From Prorocentrum cordatum (lineage: Eukaryota): a stretch of DNA of 64,000 nucleotides. The stretch lies in NCBI GenBank assembly GCA_963575745.1, contig CAUYUJ010000200.1:1-64000 (forward strand), given 5' to 3'. This document shows, piece by piece, positions 1-13,000 of the stretch (its first letter is position 1; each line of letters begins with the position of its first letter). The translations under genes and the position numbers were made by a program. The notes below the pieces were generated by a model. It had not been told where the DNA came from and did no database searches. It saw nothing but the letters and a program-made list of their open reading frames with translations.

Positions 1-59
1 CCAAAAGTTTGTGTTTGTACCTATTGTGAAGGCCTTACGGCTGGTGCCGCCGACCCAGA

Positions 60-89
60 AGGACGACGACCACGACCACGGCGATGACC

Positions 90-124
<35 letters not shown>

Positions 125-250
125 GACGAGCTGATGACCCCGCCACACGCTCGGGACATGGGGCTGGCGTGGAGGGAGGAGGAGGAGGATGAGGAGGATG
201 CGGAGGAGGAGGAGGAGGCGGAGGAGGAGGATGGGGAGGGGGCGGGGGGA
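60..250. repeat. (GAC)n/(GAG)n microsatellite
   Basis: Direct trinucleotide runs. Confidence 0.9.
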
Positions 251-417
251 GGGAACTCCAAAAGTTCATGCTTATACCGATTCTTTTTTGGGTGTTTGAG
301 AGGCCGCCCTTCTCCAGGGCGGTGGGCGGCGGCGCGCGAGGGCGCGAAAATCATCAGCAGCGCGCCGCGCATCACTGGACGCCGGACGGCCACGCGTGAA
401 GCTGGGCGATCTGGGAT

Positions 418-565
418 TCGAGAGGCTCGGGAGGCTCGAGAGGCTCGAGGGTCGAGAGGCGCCAGAGGCTCGAGAGGCTCGAGGGGTTCGAGGTTCGAGA
501 GGCTCGAGGGTCGAGAGATTCGAGGGTCGAGTGGGTCGAGGGTCGAGAGGGTCAAGGGTCGAGGT
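418..565. repeat. Degenerate short-period repeat (GAGGCTCGA/GGGTCGA units)
   Basis: Many imperfect copies of a TCGA-containing 7-9 bp unit. Confidence 0.75.
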
Positions 566-1104
566 TGGTGACCTGTAGGTCCAAGGCCCGCCTGGCCGAA
601 GCCGGGGCCGACCGAGGTATAAGATCGAGGGCGGTTCGGGGAGGGTACCCCAGTGTAGTGTTTTACGTGTCGCATATTCTTGGAGGATGTTCTTCTGTCC
701 TAGGTCCGGCCGTGCCACCTTTTCCGCGCCATTCCTTGCTCCTGCGCACGCGTGCTGGCAGGAGGGAGGGCCATAGCCATCGTAATCCAGGCCAGTCTGA
801 AGAGGCGACGTGGTCGCCGGAGGCTCACCCAGAGCGCCTGACAAGAACGAGTTACCCCAATCACAGGCTTGAGATCGTCATGTGAGCGACGCAGGAAAAT
901 GGGGTCGTCTTCACCGACATTGGCGCGTAAGCCACCCGCGCGAGGTCTCGCGTCAGCGCCCTCGTTTCAGCGTGGCGTACAACGCTGGCGGCCCGCGTAA
1001 GCAGCCACCGCGTAACGTCGACATGCCACCTTGCGTCAGGCCCGCTTCTTCCCTTTGCTCATTCATTGAAGTCTGTGTGACGGCGCCTGAGCGGAGCCAC
1101 GAGC

Positions 1105-1770
<666 letters not shown>

Positions 1771-3019
1771 GCGCGCCCCCCCGCGCGTCCCCGCAGGAGG
1801 CGGGCGCGGCCGCGCAGGAGGCGGGCCAATGCGCCGCCTGCGCTGCCTCCCGTGCTCGGGGCGGACATCCTTGGTCATGCGCCGCGGACGTCCGCCGTCG
1901 TCGTCGTCGCCAGCCGCCGTCGTCGTCGTCGCCAGCCGCCGTCGCCGCTGCCGCCGTCTCCTGAGAGGCGGGAGAGAGCTGAGACAACCAGGTGTCGGAA
2001 ACAATGAAGCAACACTCACGCATACCATATGGTGTGAACTCCCCCCCTCCCTCCGAGTGCAATGTTGGGCTCGGATCTCCCGAGTTTGAGTGTCGGACCA
2101 GTGATGCATATACGTACCAACTTTGAGTTGCGGGGGGAGGGGGGGGTGTTGCTTAACTTTTTCCCTAAACCGGCGGTCGTGGGCCTTCAGGGGGCCGCTC
2201 GTCGCCGCGGCTGGATGCAGCTCGGGAGCTGGCGGTGTCTTAACTTGCCTTGCTCCGAGTCCCTGTCGTCGTCGTCGTCGTCGTCATCGTCGTCGTCGCA
2301 TCTGTCGCCGCCGTAGTCGTCGACGACGTCGCCGCCGCCGTCGTCGCCGCCGTCTTCGTCGTCGCCGCTGCCGCCACCGTCGTCGCCGCCGACGCCGTCT
2401 TTCGAGGTCGTGGGTTCGAGGGTCGAGGCTTTCGGGCGTCTCTCTCCCTTCTCTTCTGGGCTTCTGGAGGCGTCTGGAGGTGTTCCATGGCCTCTGCACG
2501 ACGTCGGTCGTCATCGGCGTCGTCGTCGTCGACGTCGTCGTCCTCGTCCTTCTCCCTCCCTTCTCCCTCCCTTCTCCTCTCTCCATCCTTTGTTTTTCTT
2601 CCTTCCTCCTTTCCTCCCTCGCCTGAACATCTCTTCGGAAGCTCAAGTGGCAGTAATCGGTCTGCAACATAGATCGGTCCCTTTTCCCCTGAGCTCCCCG
2701 TTCTCCTTCACATGTCCTCTCCTTCCCTTCTCGTTCCTCCCCTTTCCTGCCAGGATTTGTACACCGTGGCCAGTCGCAAACGGTTGCAGTAGTGGTGTCG
2801 GCCCCAGTGGCCGAGACACCGCGGAGCCGTTTGCGAAGTCAGTGCGCAGCAACATGGGGCGGGATGGTCGGCGACGCCCACAGGCGGGGCGGCGCGAGGA
2901 ACCTCTTGCAGGGCGGGGCCTTCGGGAGGCGGGGGCCTTCTCAGATGGCCCCGGATGCTTTCAAGGAGGGACCTCTCTTAGAAGCCAAGCGGGCTTCCAA
3001 GAAGGCCCTCCATACTTTC

Positions 3020-3457
3020 CGTGGGCCGTTTTGGGGAGATCGGAGCCTCTTGGGCCGTCTTGGATGCTGCGAAAAGGACGATTGCGAATACGCAAAAGCT
3101 ACTGAATGGCCTTCGGCCCATCCCGCCACGTGCCTGGGTTGTTGGCCATAGGTCTCAAGGATGTTCGTCGGGATGTCGCGGGAGGCCTCTCAACGGTTTC
3201 TTGGGGGCCATTTTGAAGCCTTTTAGGTGGCGTTTTGGGCTTCTCGGAGCGTTGTCGGGGCCTCTTGGGGGTCTCTTGGGGGTCTCCTGGGTGCCTCTTG
3301 GGGCCTTCTTGAAGCCTCCTGGGGGCCTCTTGGGACGGAAGACTCGGACTTTCGGTTTGTTTTCCTCCTCTTGGGCCTTTCTTGGGGCTGTGATTGGGCC
3401 CTTTTGGGCCGTCTTTGGCGCCTCTAGGACCGTCTTGGTGCCCTCTTGGGCCGTGTT
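3020..3457. repeat. Degenerate GGGCC(T/G)TCTTGG-type repeat, interrupted by element B and resuming at 26892-27160
   Basis: Recurrent gggcctcttggg / ggccgtcttgg units on both sides of element B; a similar repeat in opposite orientation lies at ~28250-28800. Confidence 0.7.
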
Positions 3458-3500
3458 TGCAGATTTCCCTAGTTATAAGCCTGAGCATTTCATGTGAGGT
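3458..3500 (+). repeat. Element B 5' LTR, left part (internally deleted)
   Basis: TGCAGATTTCC matches 26501; CCTGAGCATTTCATGTGAGGT matches 26690-26710. Confidence 0.8.
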
Positions 3501-3737
3501 GACTTTAAGGGTAGCTCTTTGGGAGATGTTATAGATAATCGGGAGTATAGCCTGCGCGTCGCTGCCTTATGGCTCAAGGCACGCGCGCCCTATTTGCCCG
3601 GATACTGACTTGGTATTCGCTATGTGCTGGAAAGTTCATTACATCGATCTTATCCTATTTTACTCATCCACACCCCATATCGTATTCCTTCGACATGGAA
3701 TTGGATGCAATACGACCTACCGGAGTCATTTCAGACT
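3501..3737 (+). repeat. Element A 5' LTR
   Basis: Near-identical to 18787-19020 and followed immediately by TGGTAGCGGAGC. Confidence 0.92.
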
Positions 3738-3749
3738 TGGTAGCGGAGC
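3738..3749 (+). other. Primer-binding site, probably initiator tRNA-Met
   Basis: TGGTAGCGGAGC directly after the LTR. TGGTAGC is complementary to the GCUACCA 3' end of many eukaryotic tRNAi-Met. Confidence 0.75.
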
Positions 3750-3849
3750 TGGCCGCACTCTCGTGTGGTCAGCTCTTGCTCTTCTTATCCTCACGCTACA
3801 CGGCACGATCCTCGTGACCACTCTCTACCCTGCGCCACTACTCCACCGA

Positions 3850-5460
3850 CATTTACGAGGATCAGTTCAGAGCAAGAAGCAACACGAGAGGTACGACGTC
3901 TAGACAACAACGTTGGTACCATATACGCTTCATCACTACGCTACCGCCAACCGCTCGGCAACGATCCAAAAGCGCAGTACTTGAAGCGTTGGCGAGGAGA
4001 CCCGCAACATAAAGCGCCTCGTAGACTTGACAAGGCGCTACAAGCCCTACCCCAGCGCGGCAACGCGCCCGAGAACCACCCATACCTCCACAGCCTAGGG
4101 TTGGTTATCTCCGCCATTATATGGTTTGCGCTGGGGGCGACAATCGGACACATGCGCCGAGGAGATATTAGCACCGATGGGCAAACACATGGCCCATACT
4201 GGGACCCCCAAGGCAACGTACTTTTTTTTGCGAGTACGTCTACGAGGTCAACGCGTGGCTTAACGTCACGAGTGGACGCATGACGCCACAAGCCCAAGCA
4301 GCCGCCATACAACGCGGCCTGGGCGACCTAGCGAGGACACTCGCCATGAGGGTACCACCTGACATCATAAACTATGGTGCGGACATCGATGGTGCCCACA
4401 CCGACCCAGCAACCGATATTATGTTCCTCCTAAGCATGAAGTTCGAACGCCTGGAAGATGAGTGTCAGCTCACCTCAGGCACTCAGCTCATCGACTTTCA
4501 TGTGCCCCACGGAGAACGAACCGACGTAACTGTTACTCGTCTTGAGGCACAGTCGGTGGGTTTTTACCTTCCCAGCTTCCAACTGCTTACGACCATCCTA
4601 TTCCGCGCCCTAGGCGTTGGCAAGCAGCGAGCTATGCAACTCCTACAACCACTCAACCACCAAATGCCCCGAACACAACAACAATATGAAGAACTGTGTG
4701 AGAGGATGCGCTCGATAGGCCTCTTGTCAGCACGGTCTCCTGGCAACGTGGGATCAGTGTCTGGAAGGGGAAGGGGAACTGGCAGTGGAAATTTCTACAC
4801 TACCTTAACCACTGAAGCTCAGCCTGGCAACGGGCCCTCAAACATATGGGCCGACGATCCTGGAAAATCTACTGCCCAACTAGCAGGGGATCGATCACAA
4901 CCAAGCTGGGCAACCAGCCCCCCTCCTAGAGAACCTCAGCCTCACCGCTCGCTCTCTATGGGGAGAAGCGAACCCCTTAAACGACGGTGCAGCCACCTAC
5001 GTAGGTAACGACGATTTCGACTCAGGCACCGACACCGACACGATATCATCATATGGCATCGAACCACTGGACTGGTCAGATATCATGCAAATGGAAGGTG
5101 ATAATCAGCGTGCCGAGCATCTATCTTGGTTACTGCAACAAGCAAAGCGTAGGTGGAGGAGGTTTACGCGAAAACCAGTGCGTCGTGTTAGGAGGAGGAT
5201 GCGGAGGAGCTTCAAAGGAAAAGGCAAAGGCAAACGGGGTCGCCGAAGGTTGAACGGACGAGGCATCACGGCTTTCCTCCAGAGGCTTTCGGATGACAGT
5301 ATGATGAGATATTCTTCGGGGGAAAAGGCCGTGGAAAAGGCCGTGGGGAAACCTCTGGAAAAGGCAGAGGCAGGCGGCGAAACCCGCGAGGTAGAGACGG
5401 CCAGATCTTGAAGTGCCATGAGTGTGACAGCACCGATCATCTTGTAAAGGATTGCCCAGT
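3850..5460 (+). pseudogene. gag: Element A gag-like region (frameshifted) ending in a CCHC zinc knuckle
   Basis: ORF pieces 3765-4283, 4280-5008 and 5085-5411 with a basic KGKGKG tract; CHECDSTDHLVKDC (C-x2-C-x4-H-x4-C) at ~5414-5455. Confidence 0.75.
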
Positions 5461-8130
5461 GAAGGGGAATGGAAAGGGTAGATCGTCCGAAGTCGACTTA
5501 GGCTCAAGTGAACCTGCTGTTGAGTATCTGAGCCTCCAAGACTTCGAGGCTGCGGAACAGATATTTCTCATTTGGGTCAGTAACGTGGACGCTCTGGACG
5601 AGATCGAGGCGTGCGGCCATGGGCACTACGCGTACTACTTTGAGTACCTCCGCACGTTCGTCTTCGGAGCCATCGAGCTCACGCCTGTGGAGAACGGGGC
5701 GCTGGGAAACCAGCCCCTTTCCTTCTTCGACTGGATGTTCGGGAATCCAGGTAACATCATGGCCTACGAGAGCAGCGACGAGGACGTCGCTGTTGAGGCC
5801 TCACCTCCGGAGGTCGAGTACAACCTTCGACGGCAATCCGACCTCATGCCTGGAAACAGGCCTACTCCAGTGTATCCGCCGAACTACTGCGAACTAATGG
5901 AAATGGAGGCTCAAGCCTTCACCGTGTGCGTGCCAGGCAATCCTCACGAGCCTCCTGGTATGCCCGCGCCGGGCGAGTACGCACCATGCACGGTGCTGCA
6001 GACTCTCGTGCAGATGCGCGCCGCTCAAGCTGAAGAGTATCCTGATAGTCAACAGAGCGTTGAGAGCGGCCACATGGTGCTGCAAGATTCCGATGTCTGT
6101 GATGACTCGGAATTGCTGCTGGCGGCCCTCACTCTCATCGACAGCGTGCTCCCCGACGACGTGCAGCGACGCGTGTGGTATGCAAAGGGGCGTTGGCGCC
6201 AAGCCCTTGAGAGGGCTATCGCAATGCGGGGACAGGCGCTTCCTCCGCCGGGATGGGGTCTCCAGGCGGTGGGGCTACAGCCCAACCATGCGGCCATGCG
6301 AAACGTCATCGGGCAGCCCTCCTATGACTATGATCAGCTTGAGGCGCGCGCCGTGCTCGGCAGCGAGCCTGAGCCGACCGCCGTGCCGCCGGCGCCGGGA
6401 CAGCCTGGCGGGCTCAGACGCCTCTGCAGCAGGGAAACCTGCCCATCCCGGCTGGGCCAATGACCATTGTCAGTGGCAACCGTATTTTAGAAGTTGAAGA
6501 TGATGACGGATGTGGATTGTGCGAGGACGAGGCCACCATCCTCATGATGGACGTCAATGGCGAAGGCGAGGAGGTGGACTTCGACCCAGACAGTCCTGAC
6601 GCACAACCATCCGCACAAGAGCCAATCATGCCAGACTCCTGCCTGCCCAGGATGCGCTGCCTACGCCTACCCAGGAACCCCGTCAGCTCCTGCTCAGGCT
6701 ATGTCAGCAGCATCATCCCATGAACAGGCCAGGAGGTCTCGCTCACATCCGCGTCTTAGGGACGATCCGCACCGTCAAGGACGGCTCCCACGTGAATGGG
6801 GGCAGGCAGCCCCATCAGAGCATGCCGCTCGACGGGGGGGCCAGCTGCTCGCCTACAACGACCCTGGGCGTCAAACGGGTGAGCACTCTGCCTTTGGACG
6901 GGGCAACCCGATCTACAGGGGCGCCCAGGGCAGGTCCATGCGAGGTGGCTGTCAGCTCGCGACGAACATTCGACGTCCTGATAAAGAGGCAGCGCGGAAA
7001 CAGCTGAGAGCCATCATCGAGGAGCGCCGCTCAATGCGGTCTGCGGTCCATGCTCACAGGACTTCCAGGAACACAGACCTGGTTGTCCTGTAGGCCTCAA
7101 TGGCGTCTTGAGCCCGAACAGGGGCCGCACTCCTGCAAAGGAGGGTCATCCACCTCTTGTGCCTATGACCCAAGAAGAGATCGATGCGGTCAATCGCCGC
7201 CTCGGAACCACGGCCCACAGAAGCTCTACTGCCCAAGAGATTCGATCTCCGCGGGGACGTGCGCCTATGACCCAAGAAGAGAAGGATGCGCTCAATCGCC
7301 GTCTCGGAATGCGGGGAAACCCGCCTGGTGTCTCCAATCAGGCTCAACCGTACGAGATGACGAGTGACGACGAGCATGAGGTTCAACGAGCCGCAGCAGA
7401 AACAGAGCGCAAGCGAGTGGCAGAAGAGCGAACCCGCGAGGCAACTCGCCGAATGCTGCTGGAGTCACAAGCTGAAGCAAAGAAGCCCCCAACGTTCCCG
7501 AAGGCCAAAAGCGAGGCCCATGAACCTAGGGCGCCTTCGGGTGAAAGACAGAAAGTTTCTACCCGCATAGAGGAGCTCGGGTTCGATGTGCAGATGGGGA
7601 GGCCCCTCTCCGAAGTGCCACAGTCACCGACTCGAGCAATGCCTGCAAAGAGACCTGACCCCAGGCAACAACCTCAGGACTCCCTGGAGATCCGCCGGCG
7701 ACTGCCCAGCCGTAGTGGCTCTATCGCCGGCAAGGCCAAGGCATTCGAGCGTGCAGGGTATACCCCTACGCCGGCCTCGCCAGTGGCGACGCGCTCCAAG
7801 GCGTCCGAGGAGGGTGTTTTGCCTCGGGGTACTTGGGTGCCTAAGATTAGGAGCAGCACCAGCCGAGAGACACCGCGGGGGAACCCGCCAGGCGCTGCAG
7901 CCGCAGCATCCTCATCATCAGGAGCTGCAGCCTCGTCAGCGGCAGAGGCCCCATTGCGGGGAAACCCGCCAGAGGACAAGCTGCGCCACCCAGGCGACAC
8001 CTCCTTTACGAGCGGGAGGCAGGCGTTGATCAACGATCGTCGTGCTCTACGGAAGCTTCCACCGATGCGTTCGGTTGACGAGGCGCTTGTGGAGAGCTGC
8101 AGGCAGAAGAACATCATTCCGAGAAATAAC

Positions 8131-8900
8131 CACAAGCTCAAGCAGCTCAGTAAGTGCCTCAGCAAGATCTGTAGGCACGCGCTTGACAAACCGCACAATC
8201 CAGCGTGGAAGCTGAGGACGTTCGACGACCACGATGGATGGATCAACCTCCACGAGCTCGTAAACGAGTTCCCCTGGAACGACGGTATGAGGCATGACGG
8301 GTGCAACCCGAGGCATGACGATGCCAAGATCATCGCCGAGACCTTTTTCGACAGAACGGTCGACCAGATGGCTGCCATTATGATGGCGATCGTCCGCGTC
8401 TGCGAGGCGGACGGTGAGGAGAAGCAGCGTCTGCAGTTCAAGGTCCTGATGCGAGATTCTGGCACGGCCGATCTGTTCATCCGTGCTTCGCATGGGCGCT
8501 CGTGGACGCTCGAGGCCCCTTGGTCGCTGTACAAGTACATTGTACTGCGGGAGACCGGCCCCGTACCCCGACGTTGCCATTCACGGCACACGGTGGGCAG
8601 CCTTCGAGGGCACCATGTGGATAGGCCTTTCCTGCCGCAGAGAGCACAACACCAAGAAGAAAGGGACTGGCCGTTCACACATCCACTTTGTTCCAACGCT
8701 TCAGCGTCGTGACGTGCAGAGTGGATTGGACCCTGATTCCGAGATCATCATCTCGGTGGACTGGCGCCAGGCTTTGAAGGACGGAATTGAGTTCTGCTGG
8801 TCCGACAACGGGGTGCTGTTATCGGAAGGGGTCGACGGCATTATTGAGCCGTATTACATCAACTACGTGGAGGAGATCTCCACAGGCAAACAGTGGCGGA
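8131..8900 (+). pseudogene. TPT1: Tpt1/KptA-family RNA 2'-phosphotransferase domain within element A (one frameshift at ~8560)
   Basis: Motifs in the correct order: LSKCLSKICRH, DDHDGWINLHEL, EKQRLQF, IRASHGRS (ORF 7108-8712). After a +1 shift (ORF 8483-9847): AIHGT, GRSHIHF, SG, EIIISVD, ALKDGIEFCWSDNGVLLSEGVDGIIEPYY. Confidence 0.92.
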
Positions 8901-10427
8901 ACCCACGCTACTTGGGTAGTCGCCGTGCACGCTGTTCCACTGCCACGATGAACGAACCAAGCAGATGGAAAACGGTGGGCAATGCGAGTATTGGGTGCAG
9001 AATGTCTCTCTGGCGTGATGATGAGCCTCCTACGGCTTGGTGTCAGAGAGAGTTGGGGGACCACTACAACCCAATAGTGCTGGGAAGCCAGCCCGAGACC
9101 CACCAGATCCTGATAATTAACGAGAGTGAGGCGGGGAGTGCGGCTCCAAGCCGTGCTCCAAGCCAAAGGCCTAGTGCCATATCTTGGCAGGTCCTCAGCA
9201 CCTCAGATCTGGATCAGATTGCTGCTGCTCTAAACCCTGAGCACGTGGAACAGCTAGCGGACAGATTGTACCAACAAGATCCCTGGGCCGCTGGCCAAGG
9301 AGCTATGTCTGCCATGGTGACACGCAACCGCCAGGCCGTGCAGGGGAACCTGCCCGTTAACGGACTCAGGATTGACATGCCCGAGCCGCAGGGAGACCCG
9401 CAAACGTTCGGCCGCATCTTCGGAGAGCCCGCTCGATTTGAGCAGATGCCAGGGAGCCCCTCGCACAGCATGCGCACACCGAGGGGCATGACCCCAGTGG
9501 CGACACCGCCAGCACAGTCTCCATTCGGGACTCCTGGTCGGTCTGCCACGAATGGCACTCTCATGGAGCGAATTGCTGCGGCCAGAGCTGAGCATGGTAC
9601 AGCTCTTTTGGGCATGATGCCACCAGGCGCGCCATCGAGTTTGCGGGGGAACCTGCCTGGTACTCCAGTGCACCACCGACCTCTAGCCGACCAGAACATT
9701 GCTACTGGAGTGCCTGATGACTACCGCACGCGGGTGGCGGCTGCGGCACAACAGGCGCAAAGCCACAACCTGCCCCACCCGAGCGGTCAGAGGTGGAGAC
9801 CAGCCTGGTCTTGGGAGCCGGAGGGTCCGAATCCACTCGGCCTTTAATGCTCATCCGAGCATGGCTCAAGGCCAGAGGCCAGCACCTGCTCCAATGGATC
9901 CGCCACTGTACCCAGACGGGTCTAGAGTCCCGAACAGATTTGTTCGCGAGACAGCGGATCAGTTTCATAGCCTCACGAATGTGCGCTGCAGCGACCAGTC
10001 CATGCACCCGCACATGGCATTCATGCCTGCACCGACGATGCCAGAGGTGGCCGTCCAGCCTACTGCCCATTCGATATCATCAGGCAGTAGGGGAGTGCCA
10101 GATTACATCAGGCAGACGTACCACACTCAACAGGCGTGTTTCAGACGCCGGCAGGCGGTGCAGAGTGTACGTGACCAAGCACGCGCAGCAGCACTTGAGG
10201 TCATGAGGAGCAGGGGCCCCCCCATGCGAGGAAACTCGCCAGCCGTGTCGCCCGCAGCCTCCACAGCAGCAGCTACTCCAGCAGTGGCCGCCGCAGCGCC
10301 GGAGGTGCAGACACCCGCAGGAGATCCTCCAGCTGCCTTCCTGGGCTCTGAAACAGTTCTGGAGCGGCAGCGGCGAGTGTGCCCTAGGGCGGCAGACGTG
10401 GAAATCTATACTGGGATGGAAGACACC

Positions 10428-10583
10428 TGTGCGGTATGTCTCGAGGAGTTTATGCCGAGGGAGAGTATCTACCGTTTGAGGTGCAACCATCTGTTCCACG
10501 AGGATCGCTGGAACTCGAATGTGGTGGGCCATGTTGCGAATCAGCGAGAAGGAGATCCTCAGCAACCAGTATGTGCTATCTGC
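10428..10583 (+). pseudogene. RING-H2 zinc finger (E3 ubiquitin-ligase type) within element A
   Basis: CAVC-x14-CNHLFHED(R)W...CAICR in ORF 9699-10661; the sixth ligand is Arg (CGC) where Cys (TGC) is expected. Confidence 0.85.
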
Positions 10584-11439
10584 CGAGCGCCAGGCATCAT
10601 AGCGTCGTCGTTCCCATGGACCGGCTCCGTCACTCAGGCTCCTGAACAGGCAGCGAGGTAGCTGCGAGAATTGAGGAGCATGGTGGAGGAAATGACGGCC
10701 AGCATGCTAGACAGGCAGGCAGCACTGCCCCAGCAGCGGGGAAACCCGCCGGAGGAGGTGAGGGCGCCGATGGAGACGGGATACCGTGAACAGCTTATCC
10801 CGATGACAGCGCCTCAGCAGGGAAACCTGCCCAATACTCCACCTGTGCCGATCCTTCCAACTCAAGGTGGCTCCTGCGATGTCGCCCCAGAGTGGGGGTG
10901 GGGCCGAGCTGCCACTGGGCCCTGAACAGCTGCGTGAGCTGCGTGTTCGCCGCTTCCAGACCCAGATGGACAATGCACGCACCACGTTCATGTTGGACGC
11001 CGATAATCCTGAGAGCGAGTCGTTTGACCTCTCAGATTCTTCAGCGGCGACAGCGGCAACGGCAGTCAGGGCCGTTGAACTCTCAGCCACGAATACTGAG
11101 TTCGACGAGCGGTTGCAGTACAGGGATCACTTTACAAATGAGGGATTACAAGACAGCGCCCTTCAGTCATATCTGACGCTGACGCGACGCACCACTCGTG
11201 AACAGTACACCAGCATACGCGATGAGTATGTTAACTGGCGGGAGGAACAGGGCGCCCACGCCCAGGACGTGTCGCACTTCCAGTACATCGACCTGGCACG
11301 CATGGCCGCAGGAAGGCCAAGTGCCAGCACGATGCGGGGAAACCCGCCAGGAGGCACGACCGAGATGCGGGGAAACCCGCCAGACAGCGCAGCCGGCATG
11401 TCAGAGACGGTGCACATAAAGCAGCCGAGCAGGACGTTT

Positions 11440-11900
11440 CTGGAGGACGGTGGAAATTCGATCCTCATAGACGTGGGCTCGGAGATCAATATAATGGGAG
11501 AAAGCACGAGCCGCAAATTCGTCCAGGCTGCTGAAGCACACAATCGTCCTTGCATGTTTGAACCCCGTTCTCGATTGAACATCAACGGGGTAGGCGAGGG
11601 GTCGGCCCCAGCTGATACCGTGGGGACCTTCAGCATTGCCTGCGAGTGCCAGGGCTCGACCCAGCTCGACTCGTACAAGACTAATATTGTGTCAGGCTGC
11701 GGCAAGGACCTGCCTGCTATCCTGGGTCTCGACAGCATGCAGGACAAGAGCACCATTATTGTGCTCGAGCGAGGCCAGGAGAAGCTGAGATTCCCTGGGA
11801 AGGGACAGGTCAAGACGGAACTCCCCGAGGGCTCCAAGATCATGCCGACAACGAAGCTGCCATCAGGACATCTGTCAATCAGGTGTGATCGATTTGGAGC
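11440..11900 (+). pseudogene. pol: Element A aspartic protease
   Basis: ILIDVGSEINIM active-site motif, INGVG flap and PAILGLD in ORF 10867-12114. Confidence 0.8.
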
Positions 11901-12547
11901 CGCGGGGCAACCCGCCTCAAGTACAAGTACAACATCGTTCCAGACGGTGCTGACAGGCGAGCCATCCCCTGCGCAAGAGCGCCAACAACTGCAGGGAAAT
12001 CTGCCTCAGGGGCTGCTCGCGATACTCGCCAAGGCGACGATGAAAGGTGACAGCATCGACGATCTGGAAACGTTCGATTGCTTCGTAGCCAGGACACTGG
12101 CCCAGCATGGCTGACTTGTGCCCATGGATGCTGTGAGGACACGCCGGAAGATAGTGATGGGGTACACGAATCACGAGCTGCAGACGGTCAACGACGCAAG
12201 GTCGAAGGGCCTCCTGAAGCAGCCGATGGATAGTCCATCCATGCTGGCCACGTTTGCGGAGCAATCCGCCTCTGAGGCTACCGCGCGCTGCAGTGCAGAG
12301 CTCCAGCACTTGAGAGAAGCTCAGATGCTGGCAGATGTGGCAGGCGCATCTTCTTTATCTTGAAGATGGCAGGGCGACGCTGCCCCCTCGTCGCCTTGCC
12401 TGATGGCCGCGAGGCCAGGGGGTAACAAGGACAGCGGGGCAACCTGCCATAAGAAAAAGAACTTTCGTTATCGAAGATACGAGAGAAGCTTGCGCTGACC
12501 TCCGCACCCGAGGATATACCTGTGATCGTATTTCCCACAACGAGCTC

Positions 12548-13000
12548 ATGACAACTGTGGGCACAGAATATCTGGGTGCAGTGATTAGTGGGGACTCTGC
12601 TCTAATATGGGTCAGTGCCCCGGGTGACTGGTACGTACGGACACCAGGTAAAAGAGTAGCCCCACACTGGTCGCGCATTCAGAAGCTTCTGACGAAGGCC
12701 AAGAAGTTCCGCATGACAATTATAGCGTTTGGCCCCCAGGATACGTCTGGAAGTTGTCTCCAATACGTGATACTCTGGAGGATCTTAAGTTGACGGTAGT
12801 GCGGATGCGGTTGTGCCATTTCGGTATCAGGTTTACTATGCAAGACAATGCACCAAGTGGTACATATATGCAGGCAGCCACAGCAATACCGATGCAAACT
12901 GGCGATACCACAACATGTCTTGGATTGTTACGGCCAAACGGTACGACATGCCGAATGGAGAGCACAGACACGCATCACACTCATTCGTCACCTCAATGAT
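12548..13000 (+). pseudogene. Possible first, highly degenerate methyltransferase-like domain of element A
   Basis: ALIWVSAP...IIAFGP...VRMRLCHFG loosely parallels the layout of the domain at 13726-14370. Confidence 0.35.

Noticed and set aside
600..900. Possible 3' remnant of a LINE on the minus strand (HVA...W...GMARKRW)
   Set aside because: Too degenerate to support as a feature.
7674..8696. Long antisense ORFs over pol and cargo regions (also 11163-11843, 24960-25844)
   Set aside because: Shadow ORFs of GC-rich sense coding sequence.
7108..9847. An independent host TPT1 gene
   Set aside because: It is intron-less, co-oriented, embedded in the element's reading frames between matched LTRs and flanked by the element-specific hairpins, so it was treated as retrotransposon cargo.
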